Assembly: GCA_951406725.2 (NCBI GenBank)
Contig: OX597817.1
Coordinates: 43,586,001 to 43,650,000, forward strand
Source: Octopus vulgaris
Lineage: Eukaryota
Length of the DNA stretch: 64,000 bases
Reading direction: 5' to 3'
In this document: one piece after another, positions 1 to 64,000 of the stretch
How the letters are laid out: every line of letters begins with the position of its first letter
Position numbering within the stretch: position 1 is the first letter of the stretch
Notes under the pieces: model-generated
Databases searched by the model: none
What the model saw: the letters and a program-made list of their open reading frames with translations, nothing else
Told to the model about the DNA's origin: nothing
Program-made: the position numbers and the translations under genes

Positions 1-999
1 TCTAAGTCCACTCACAAGGCTATGATCAGCCTGGAACTACAGTAGAAGACACTAACCCAAGATGCACCCAGAACCATGTGAATGGGAGGCAAACTACTTA
101 TCACACAGCCATGCCTCCACCTATATATAATCTCCATCACATGCAAGCATAAGAAAACAGATGTTAAACAACTGGATGAATAGCTTTGTGCATATGTGGC
201 AATATGCATATGTATGCACATGTAGGTATACAGGGGGAAGAAAAATGTAGTGAAAGTGTTGTTCTTGCTGCAGCTATTTCTGCAAGGCATCATTACTGCC
301 ATTCTAATTTTGCATATGTCTAACTCTTGCCAAATTTTCTTTTTGTGCAGTTTGGTTTGGCATTAGGCACAGGCATGGCTGTGTGGTTAAGAAGTTTGCT
401 TTGCAACCATGTGGTTTTGAGTTCAGTCCCACTGCTCGGCACCTTGGACAAGTGTCTTATATAGTTTTAGGTTGACCAATGCCCTGTGAGTGAATTTGGT
501 AGATGGAAACTGTGTGGAAGCCTGTCATGTGTTTTTCTCTCTCTCTCCACCACTTGACAAATGGTGTTGGTTTGTTTGTGTCTCCATAACTTAGCGTTTC
601 ATCTAGAGACCAATAGTATAGGTGCAAAGTTTTAAAAAATAATGCATTTGATTTTTCTTTTTCATTTCTTCTAGTTTCAGCTTGCGAGCTGTGGTCATGC
701 TGGAGCCCTACCATTTTGTTCAATTAAAGCTCTTCAAGATGGTGTCCTAGCATGGCCACAGTGCAATGCTCCCCACCTCTCTCTTTCTCTTTCTGTTACT
801 ATGTTCTTTTCTATTCACCTTCTTGGATATGTTACTTTGAGGATACGTTTTGGTTCCTTGTCACCATCAACTTTGTCTCTCCTTCACACACTGGAGTTAC
901 ACCGATTTTCCTTCTACTCAACCCATCCCACCACACCCATCACTAATCCCTGACCTCTTTTCCATTTTACTGCTCCCTTCTTCAATTCTGTCTGCATTT

Positions 1000-1218
1000 A
1001 GGCGATGAGCTGGCAGAAACAGCACACTGGGTAAAATGCTTAGCAGTATTTCGTCTGTCTTTACGTTCTGAGTTCAAATTCTGCCGAGGTTGACATTGCC
1101 TTTCATCCATTCAGGGTCAATAAAATAAGTACCAGTTGCGTACTGGGGGTCAATCTAATCGACTGGCCCCCATCTCCCCCAAAATTTCAGGCCTTGTGCT
1201 TAGAGTAGAAAAAAAAAA
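1000..1218 (+). mobile_element. tRNA-derived SINE family B
   Basis: Head GGCGATGAGCTGGCAGAA...GAGTTCAAATTC; core resembling GCCTTTCATCCTTTCGGGGTCGATAAATTAAGTACCAG; A-rich tail. Confidence 0.8.
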
Positions 1219-2427
1219 TGTCTGCATGTCTCTCTACAGCCACTTTCTATTGTACTTCAAATTCTCTCCCTCTCTGTCTTGGAGACTCTTCAGTCTTGTA
1301 AATTAAGATGATTTTACAACTGCTGATGCCACGATAAAATGCACGCAGCACACTTTGAAAGTAATTAGCAAACTTAGCCGAAATATGCAGGATTGAGGTA
1401 ACTGATCTTGATGGGAGCATAGCAGCAGCTGGTGTCACAGAAAATGCATTTAGTACACCATACATCGATCAGGGTTGTTAAATGATTGAGATATATATAT
1501 ATATATAAAACATACTCACACACATGTGTGTGTATGTATGTATGTATGTGTATATATATATATATATATATATACGATGGGCTTCTTTCATTTTCCGTCT
1601 ACCAAATCCACTCACAAGGCTTTGGTTGGCCTGAGGCTATAGAAGACACTTGCCCAAGGTGCCATGCAGTGGGACTGAACCCAGACCATGTAGTTGGTAA
1701 GCAAGCTACTTAGCACACAGCCACTCCTGCGCCTATATATATATATGTGTGTGTGTGTGCGCGTGCACACAAACACAGTGTTAATGTTATTCATCTCAAA
1801 ATTATGAGATTTTGGCCAGTGCTCTACCCATTCTGTTTCTACTGCCCAACCTCTGCAAATTATGTTAAGCATTATACATATATGAAGTCATAAGTTTTTT
1901 TGGGAAATGGTATATACTTACTTTTACATTTTGAAGTTGATGGTGTGGAAGATTGTATACTGATGGTGTTTATGAAAGCCAACTCAGGTGTACAGTATTT
2001 GATGGTGAGGAGTGGAATGCTATTAGAATTACATTTTGTATGTAACCAGTAAGTGGAGAACCTATAACACAATGACCAAAATTATAGGTAAGTGGTAAGA
2101 TAGGTTTGGAGGGTAGAAAGAAGCAAATATTCTGCTAACTGAACCTTCTGGATTTGAGGAATGGCAAGTAGGATGATTCAACAAAAATTGGTTGAGGTGT
2201 GTTTGGCAATAAACCAGAATATGTACATATGAATGTGTTGGAACCAAAGAAAAATCTCTGGTTGTGAATTTGATGAAGGCATCTTTTTCCTGTTACTGAT
2301 GGTCAACTTCTATATAGGTTGTGTGTGAATCTAAAATAGATTTAACAATATTTTGGCCTGTTGTTATTTGTAAGAATTTGTATTCTATTCCTAGTTTAAC
2401 ATCCAATTTTCTATTCTAGAATTGATT

Positions 2428-2578
2428 GTGGCTGTTTGGTAAGTAGCTTGCTTACCAACCACATGGTTCCGGGTTCAGTCTCACTGCATGGCACCTTGGG
2501 CAAGTGTCTTCTATAGCCTCGGGCCAACCAAAGTCTTGTGAGTGGATTTGGTGGACAGAAACTGAAAGAAGCCCGTAG

Positions 2579-2610
<32 letters not shown>

Positions 2611-2822
2611 TATATAAATATATATATATGTATATGTTTGTGTATCTGTTTGTCCTCCTACCAGTGCTTGACAACCGATGTTGGTGTGTTTAGGACCCCG
2701 TAACTTAGAAGTTCGGCAATCGAGACTAATTGAATAAGTACTAGGTTTACAAAGAATTTGCTCAACTAAAAAGGTGGTGCTCCAGCATGGCCGCAATCAA
2801 ATGACCGAAGCAAATAAAAGAA
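2428..2822 (+). mobile_element. tRNA-derived SINE family A (CORE-like, possibly octopus OR2)
   Basis: A/B-box head (TGGCTGTGTGG...GGTTCAGTCC), CORE-like CACCTTGGGCAAGTGTCTT, internal (TA)n; many copies in the window. Confidence 0.8.
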
Positions 2823-4039
2823 TAGTTCTGAAATTTAGATTTTGCATGGAGCTTATCTTTTACTTTAGTGATTGAACTGCAATCATGGTGGGTGGGGACA
2901 CTACCTTGAAAGGGTTTAGCCAAAGGAATCACCCCCATTACTTATTTTTATGTCTGCTACTTATTCTAATTCTATCTGTCTCTTATGCAAAACTGCCAAG
3001 TTACAGGGACATGAACAAACCAACACTGGAGGTTTGTTGGAGTGATGGAGGTGGGGATAACGACACACATACACATGTGGGTCTTGCAAACATACTGTCA
3101 TGTCCTCTTGGTAGATGGTGTGGGAGCCAGTGTGTTAAACACCTTTTCAAAAAGTTCTTTGTTGGCATGAGAATATGAATAGGAATTTGTTGGTGCCAAG
3201 TAAAAATCACCCTGTACACTCTGTAAAATGGTTTCTATGGCACATAGCCATAGAAACCAGGCTAAAAAAAAAAACTGTTGGAGCCTGGTGCTATTCTCCA
3301 GCTTTCCAGCCCTCAGTCAAACTGTCCAAGCCATGCCAGCATAGAAAATGTATGTTAAATGATGATTGTGTTATCAATGAGCAAAAAACACAACTAATGG
3401 TATACCAAGGTCCAATGTAATATCATTATATAAACCTTTCCCTCTTTTAGTAATTTCCATGAAAAATTTAATGTAGGGATACTAATTCATGCAAACATCT
3501 AAATGGAGGCATGCATTGGATGGAATAGGACAAGAATTTATATATAATAAACTGCAGCACAAAGTCAGCTTTTTTATGATTGGAATAATTTGGTTAGTGG
3601 AAACATTTGTATAAAAAAAAAAACCTACCATTTGGAGAAAAGGTGCAACAAGCTACAAAATCTTGAGAAGCACTGTGCTAGATAATTAATGAAATTTGTT
3701 AATTATTTTGATAAATCCCTTCATCCCAAATCTCTCCTCTTTCACTTGGGTCCAGTTGTGGGACTGTGGCTATGCTGAGACGCTACCATGAAGGGTTTTG
3801 TTGAACAAATTAGCCCCAGTACTTATTTTTTAAAGTGTGGTACTTATTCTGTTAGTTTCATTTGCTGAACTGTTAAGTAATGGATACGTAAAGGAGCTGA
3901 TGCCCATTCAAGCAGTGGGACAGGAATAAAACATGAACACACACACACATGCTTCCACACAGTGCCTACAGCAGGACTGAATCCAAGACCATCAAAATTT
4001 ATTGAAATGTAGACAGTGTATTTCTTTATAGAGTTCTTG

Positions 4040-4419
4040 AGGAGACCTATTGAGTCAAGTACGTCAACACCATCAAAATAAAAATCAAATGGAAATTGTA
4101 GTTAAGATGCACTTGCCGGTGACATGTAAAAGCACCGTCCGAATGTGGCAGATGCCAGTGCTGCCTGACTGGTGTCAGTGACACGTAAAAGCACCAACCG
4201 ATTGTAGCCGTCTGCCAGCCTCCTCTGGCCCCTGTGCCGGTGGCATGTAAAAAGCACCCACTACACTCACAGAGTGGTTGGCATTAGGAAGAGTATCCAG
4301 CTGTAGAAACACTGCTAGATCAGACTGGAGCCTGGTACAGCCTCCTGGCTTCCCAGACCCTGGTCGAACTGTCCAACTCATGCTAGCATGGAAAACGGAC
4401 GTTAAACGATGATGATGAT
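4040..4419 (+). mobile_element. RTE 3'-UTR/tail fragment
   Basis: Matches 48780-49210 and ends gttaaacgatgatgatgat. Confidence 0.85.
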
Positions 4420-6804
4420 ATCATAAAAAGGATTGGTGATTATTGATTTATTGAATCACTAAAGGACAATATGGTTATATCATCTCTAATAATCTTTACT
4501 AGATGTCAGCAGCACTTTGTTGTAAAATCTATTGATGCAGTATATGACCTATACTGAAAGGCCAATCGTATTTCAAATTTGTTGATAACATTGACCTATT
4601 ATTGCTTTTCCTTGTTGGTTCTCTCTAAATGACTGGCTTTTTAAAACCATTAGAATTTAGGTTGTAATCTTCCCTTTCTTATTTAACTATATAAAAGTTA
4701 AGAGGGATTTCTGATGAAGGCCATTGATATTTTCAGATTTTTAATATGTTCATTATTTAGTATTTATATAAATAGAGTAAAACAAAATTACAATTAAAAT
4801 AAATTTTTGGTGAAATAAAAGAAATAATCAACAAATTTGTATCCACATCTTCCTCCCCGATTTTCTGTTATGTTATTCAGTTCAAACAGCTAATGGAACA
4901 ACAGTTAATCCTACTCTCTCTCTGTAGGCAGCTTTTGGTTACTGCCTCTTCTCTGCTTAGCATTCACCTTTTCCTCATATAATATAAATCTGAACCCCTC
5001 TTCTATGAAATCCATAGGGCCATTAATATCCTAAATAACTGTATTTGTTTACTTTGCAGTAACCAAACGTCTGTTTTGTATGAATCTATTGCTTAACTTC
5101 AAACCTGCAGAAGTCATTATGAACTCACTTGACACAAATATTTCAATATTTCTGTAAATGCATATAGTTTCATCACGATTAGTAGAGTACTCTTGTTTCT
5201 AAGTAGTTCACGTGTCAAAATTTTGAGCTTGTACCATTAATTTATTTGCTAATTAGGTCTTGAAATTATCTAATAATCAGATTTATTTGTTTTTTTTTTT
5301 ATTTAGGAAAAATGTGTACGATCTAATCAATGAATTGGTGTGGCTAATACCTCTCAGTTTCTATGTACTTGAGCTGATAAACACACAGGAGGAAATTGTT
5401 TTATTTCCTAATGACTTGTATAACCTAATCTTTATAACCACTTTACAGCCAACCTTTCAGATTAAGTTCAGTTAGATTAGTTTGGATAACAGCTAGTCCA
5501 CACATCTGATTCTTTTTTTTAATTTTTTTTCTGTTGGTCATGGTTTGTTGCAGATTACATAATCTGATTAGTGAAGCCAATCAACCATATAAAAGTGCAT
5601 GAGAAATTCTTTCATCTTATGGAATTAGTTAATTAGTAAATTTTCGCTAATTAAAAATTAAACGCTTGCTTGTTAATCTAGTTCCTCCCTTTTTTCAACA
5701 CGCCACTGTAGTGGCTTATATCAAATGTAATCATTATAGATTTCTTTTTAGTCGTATGACATTGGAATTGACCAATTTTTTTTTTAAAAACCTTTTTGCT
5801 AATACCTCGTAGTTCAATAAAGGTTGTTACATGTATCCTAATTTATCACAGATTCAATCATCGTTGATCTGGGATAGCATGGTGTGTTCAATTGTGAACC
5901 ATGTTATGCCTTTTATGGATTGATCTGTGATAACAGAGGCTGGTGATCAGTGTTTGTACCACAAAAACTTGTCCCAGTAACAATCCACAATGCTCAGCTA
6001 TCCAGAGAGCACTATCACTTGCATTTACATGACATTACTGCAAGGTCGTGTATCTTTTATATGGATTTTATGTACTTGTGCCCATCAATATGAGACCATT
6101 GTTCATCGTTTAACGTCCACCTTCCATGCTAGCATGGGTGGGACGGTTTCACAAGAGCCAGCCAGGCAGAAGCCTGCACCAGACTTCTGTGACTGTTTTG
6201 GCAGGATTTTTACAGCTGGATGCCCTTCCTAACACCAACCACTCAGCAGAGTGACCTTAGTGCTTTTTATGTGGCACAAGCATAGGAGAGGTAGCAAAAG
6301 CACATGAACAAAAAACATATGAAGGTTTTTGATCCTAACAAATGACACAAATGAATGTATTCTTTATGAGGAAAAGGTAGAGATATCTGTCCTTGTTTGT
6401 CCTCTCTGTATTTAGCCCCTTGTGTGTAGTAAAGAAATAGGTATTTTGTCTGCTGCTACGTTCTGAGTTCAAATTCCACTGAGGTCAACTTTGCTTTTCA
6501 TCCTTTCGGGGTCAATAAATTAAGTACCAGTTATGCACTGGGGTCGATATAATTGACTTAATCCGTTTGTCTGTCCTTGTTTGTCCCCTCTATGTTTAGC
6601 CCTTTGTGGGTAATAAAGAAACGAGTATTTCATCTGTTTTTACGTTCAGTGTTCAAATTCCATTGAAATCATCTCTCCCTTTCATCCCTTTTGGGTTGAT
6701 GAACACCAGTCAAGCACTGGGATTGATTGATTTCCCCACCATACAAACTTGCTGGCTTTGTGCCAAAATTTTAAATCCTTATTAACCCAATTATAATTGT
6801 CTAG

Positions 6805-34753
<27,949 letters not shown>

Positions 34754-34811
34754 TTATTCTAATCACTTCTTGCTTTGGTAATCAAGTGAATCATAATTCA
34801 AACAATTTGAT

Positions 34812-34817
34812 AATAAA
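34812..34817 (+). terminator. Candidate PREP polyadenylation signal
   Basis: AATAAA about 60 nt after the stop, followed by T/GT-rich sequence. Confidence 0.5.
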
Positions 34818-34989
34818 AGTTGTCTTTCTGTCATCAAAATGTTTGAGTTTTCTTTCCACACAGATGCACGACAGGCTTCTTTCGGTTTCTGTCTACGGCC
34901 TTGTGGAAGACATGGATCTTTTCTGTTGGGCTAATATGGTAATCAATGCCTTGAAATTAATTTTCGCCATAAATCTATAAAAGTTAATA

Positions 34990-35380
34990 GCAGGAGTGGC
35001 TGTGTGGTAAGTAGCTTGCTTACAACCACATGGTTCCGGGTTCAGTCCCACTGCGTGACACCTTGGTCAAGTGTCTTCTACTATAGCCTCGGGCCGACCA
35101 AAGCCTTGCGAGTAGATTTGGTAAACGGAAACTGAAAGAAGTCCATCGTATATATGTATTTATGTATGTGTTGTGTGTATGTTTGGGTGTCTGTGTTTGT
35201 CCCCCCCCCAACATCGCTTGACAACCGATGTTGGTGTGTTTACGTCCCCGTAACTTAGCAGTTTGGCAAAAGAGACCGATAGAATAATTACTAGGCTTCC
35301 AAAGAATAAGTCCTGGGGCCGATTTGCTTGACTAAAGGTGGTGTTCCAGCATGGCCGCAGTCAAATAACTGAAACGAGTA
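34990..35380 (+). mobile_element. SINE family A
   Basis: As above. Confidence 0.85.
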
Positions 35381-37430
35381 AGTTTGAAAATTTTGAGTAA
35401 TTTTAACCAATCGTAAGCCATAGACATATTCATGCCTGTTTCCATAGTAACAAACCAAGTGAATTTGGTAGATGGAAACTATCGAGAAGTCCATTATATG
35501 TGTATTTGCCCACCACCACTGGACAACTGGTGTTGGTTTGTTTAAAACCCCATAACTTAGCAGTTTGGCAAAAGAATGTCATAGAACCATTTCAGGACTT
35601 GTGAATCAATTGGGGTGGAAGGATAAACCCTAGAAGGTGGTGCTCCAGCATGGCTACAGTCCAATGGCTGAAATAAGTAAAAGAAAAGACATAGCATCAA
35701 TTTGTTTACATTTTTTTGCTATCACTCTCCATGTTTTTTATCTGAATCTCTCTCATTATCAACAAATTTCTTTCCTTCTCTCACCGTCTGTCTGTCTGCC
35801 TCACTCTCTTCATGTTAATCGTTTTCTTATACAGTATCTGATTCTCATCTCTTTCTCTGGAGAGTATGAGAAATAATTAAATTGTATGACAAAAATGACC
35901 ACATTTTTTGGTGATAAGTATACGAAAATATTCAAAATTGCATTTAAAAACATTGCTGTTTTATATTTCAAAATAAATTTATACACAAGTTCCCAGTGAG
36001 ATGGGGAATAATAATATAATATATAGCAGTGTCTGAATAAAAGTAGACATAGAAACAATTCACATTAAGATATGTTGATAATTTTTCATTTAGGCTCCAG
36101 GCCATACATTTTGGATGAAGAAAGCAAGCAATTATATTGATGCCATTACTTGAATGAACTGATCTAATTGACTGCCCAGAGAGCAAAGTTGATTTTGGTG
36201 GAATCTGAATTCAAACAGATTCTTTAAAACCATTTTGTCTGGTGCTTTGCACAAGACCTTAACACTAGAGGAAAGAGTATATAGTTGATTTAATTATCCC
36301 TAGTACTAGATTGGTACTTAGTTTATGGACCGTGTAGGGGGAAAAATGCAAAGTAAATCCCAATAGGATTTGAACTCTGAACATAATTTGATATGACAGT
36401 GTTTTCGTTTGTCATGCTAATGATTTTGCCCTATTTTAATAAGTAATAATTCTTTTGAATTTTGGTACAGGCCAACAAGTTTGAGGGGGTGGCAAATTGA
36501 TTATATCGACCCCTGTTGATTACCTTCACTGGTACTTTATTTTATTGACCCCTAAGAAGACAAACGGTAAAGTTGAACCCAGAAGAATTTGAACTCAGAA
36601 CATAAAGAATGGGAAGAAATGCTAATAATTCCACCAAATTGCTGCCCTTCTATAACAAAAACTAAGAATTCTTTTTAATTTTGGAAGAAGAGGCAAGTCA
36701 ACTATATCCAATCCAGTACGTGACTGGAACCATATTTTATCGACTCCGAAAGGATAAATGGTAAAGTTCAAATACTTGGCAGGATTTGAACTCAGAGTTT
36801 AAAGAGTCTGAAGAAAAGCCATTTGTCTGACTTACTAACGATTCTGCCAGCTTGTCACCTTAATGATAATAATTAACAACTTTCTACTATTAAGCACAAA
36901 AACTGAAATTTTGTGGGGTGGGATTTAATCTCTTACATTGAGCCAAAAGAATTGAAAGACAGTTGATGTCAGTGGCATTTGAACCCAGGGCATTAGGCTA
37001 GAACTACCACAAAGGATTTTTCTGGTGTGCTAACAATCCTGCCAGCTCACCATCTTAAAAATAACCAATAATAACTAATAAGCAATAATAACAACAATTT
37101 ATAAAACATTAAATATTAAAAGAAAGGAAAATAACAATTAATAAAACGATATTCTTTTACCTGTCATGGTAATTTGTATAGTTTAAAAGAACTAAAGCAA
37201 AGTTGAGAGAAATTTGTCTGTGTGCATATGTGTTTCTGTACATATTTGAGATATATGCTTGGTCTTGTATACATGTGTGTACATATGCATTGAGATATGT
37301 ACATGGTCCCGTATACTTGTATAAATGTATGTGAGTATATATTTCATTGGAAACATCTGGTAAAATCTTTCTCCATTGTCTGAGATTGAATCCTGTCACA
37401 GTTTTATTTGTGTCTCCCAGAGGAGGTTAT

Positions 37431-62647
<25,217 letters not shown>

Positions 62648-63184
62648 CTGTCAAATAAACACAGATGAGAGCACCAATATATAAAGGGGTAAAAATAACA
62701 TATAGTTATGAGTTAACTGTTTTTAATGCCTAATAACTAACTACTTACTATTTAAAGATATATAGACAACATACATGCACGCATGGCATATAAATATATA
62801 TGATGATGATATATACAATTCATTTCAATGATGAGATATATCAAAATGTTTTAAAACATAAACGACGGTAATTCAGAAAACCAATATGGAAATGATGTGA
62901 ATTAATGGAAAGACTTTAACTTACTAGTTAATCAGTTCACACCATAAAAATCCACAGAGCAATATATTTGAAATTTTAAAAGATTTACCGAAATAACCAT
63001 TGTACATATGTTTCAATAATGGATTTAATATATATGTTTATATAATAAATACCCATAATTTCTTCAGCAATTGAATTTTCAATAGATGTTTAAAATGAAG
63101 AAGAATATAGCATTATTGTGTGACACATTGCTGTACTCAAGAAAACTTGCCCACCACTCCAGAATTGAGATCCTAAAACCAAGG

Positions 63185-63480
63185 CGCCACATAAAAAACA
63201 CTGGTGCTGGTGCCTTGTAAAAAGCACTTTTACTGGCACCACATGAAAAGTGCTGGTGCCATGTAAAAAGCACTGATGCTGTCACCACATGAAAAGCACT
63301 GGTGCTAGTGCCACATAATAAGCACTGGTGATTGTGCCTTGTAAAAAGCACTGGTGCTGTCACCACATAAAAAGAACTGGTGCTGGTACTACATAAAAAG
63401 CACTGGTGATGGTGCTACATAAAAAGCATTGTTGCTGGTGCCACATAAAAAGCACTGGTGCTGGTGCCATGTAAAAAGCA
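63185..63480 (+). repeat. ~27-bp minisatellite (~10 units) in an old RTE tail
   Basis: AAAAGCACTGGTGCTGGTGCCACAT units running into the RTE-tail sequence ...GCATTAGGAAAGACATTCAGC. Confidence 0.8.
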
Positions 63481-64000
63481 CTCAGTACACTTTGTGGTAT
63501 GGTTAGCATTAGGAAAGACATTCAGCAGTAGAGACCAAGCCTAAACAGATTATCGAACCAGGTGCAAATTGTACTAGCTTTGGTAGAAAATTTGCAAAAC
63601 TGGAATGATTAACAACATCCCTGTGCATGTAAAGATATTCTACATTTCATTAATAGCATTACAATAGCTATCACAGTAAGGTGCTGCACTATTTATCTCA
63701 TTATTATGAGCTCAGCCTTACTTCAACTGCTAGGCTGTGCCATTGAGGAAGAGACATAATTGTTCCTGTGTCAGCATATTATTAAGAAGTAAGTTTTACT
63801 TCATGTTTGTATTAGGAGAAGCCAGGTGTGAAATCTCCACCAATATACACATGTACAGAACAAAATATTACAATCTGTGACTAAACAACAACAAAAAAAA
63901 AGAAAAGAAAAAATCCCACCCAAGATGGCAAGGAAGTATAAAAGAAATTGTTAGAAGTGGCAAAACATACCTTAATTGACAATTTGGGATTATTTTCATA

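Noticed and set aside
1-6804. PREP start-codon exon (expected YP..RRD....YHG-like)
   Set aside because: No matching exon found by eye; it probably lies upstream of the window.
63185-63480. CRISPR-like ~27-bp repeat array
   Set aside because: No unique spacers, degenerate units, eukaryotic context, continuous with an RTE tail, no cas genes.
62648-64000. Further upstream GGT exon (DxRExAP motif)
   Set aside because: No convincing motif with splice sites was found.

Overview
AT-rich, microsatellite- and SINE-dense metazoan genomic DNA; the repeat families point to an octopus (inference). Two intron-rich genes lie tail-to-tail. On +, 19 coding exons of prolyl endopeptidase (PREP, 6805-34753; 686 aa by manual splicing; catalytic Ser/Asp/His intact; the first ~23 aa were not found in the window). 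On -, 11 coding exons of a gamma-glutamyltranspeptidase (GGT7-like, 62647-37431; 439 aa; 5' exons not found). Introns carry two main tRNA-derived SINE families, a young 5'-truncated RTE LINE with a PHD-like finger, RTE tails, Helitrons, Tigger/mariner/piggyBac remnants and Penelope-like terminal fragments with hammerhead-like motifs. Top finding: a ~1.6-kb N/Q/S/Y-rich (prion-like) ORF in a PREP intron. Its branch-point/polypyrimidine acceptor (15334/15335) is in frame with the upstream PREP exon, and a donor at 16858 would be in frame with the downstream one, so it is a candidate 508-codon cassette (or alternative terminal) exon at the residue equivalent to human Met235. All calls come from reading the sequence by eye; no searches were run.
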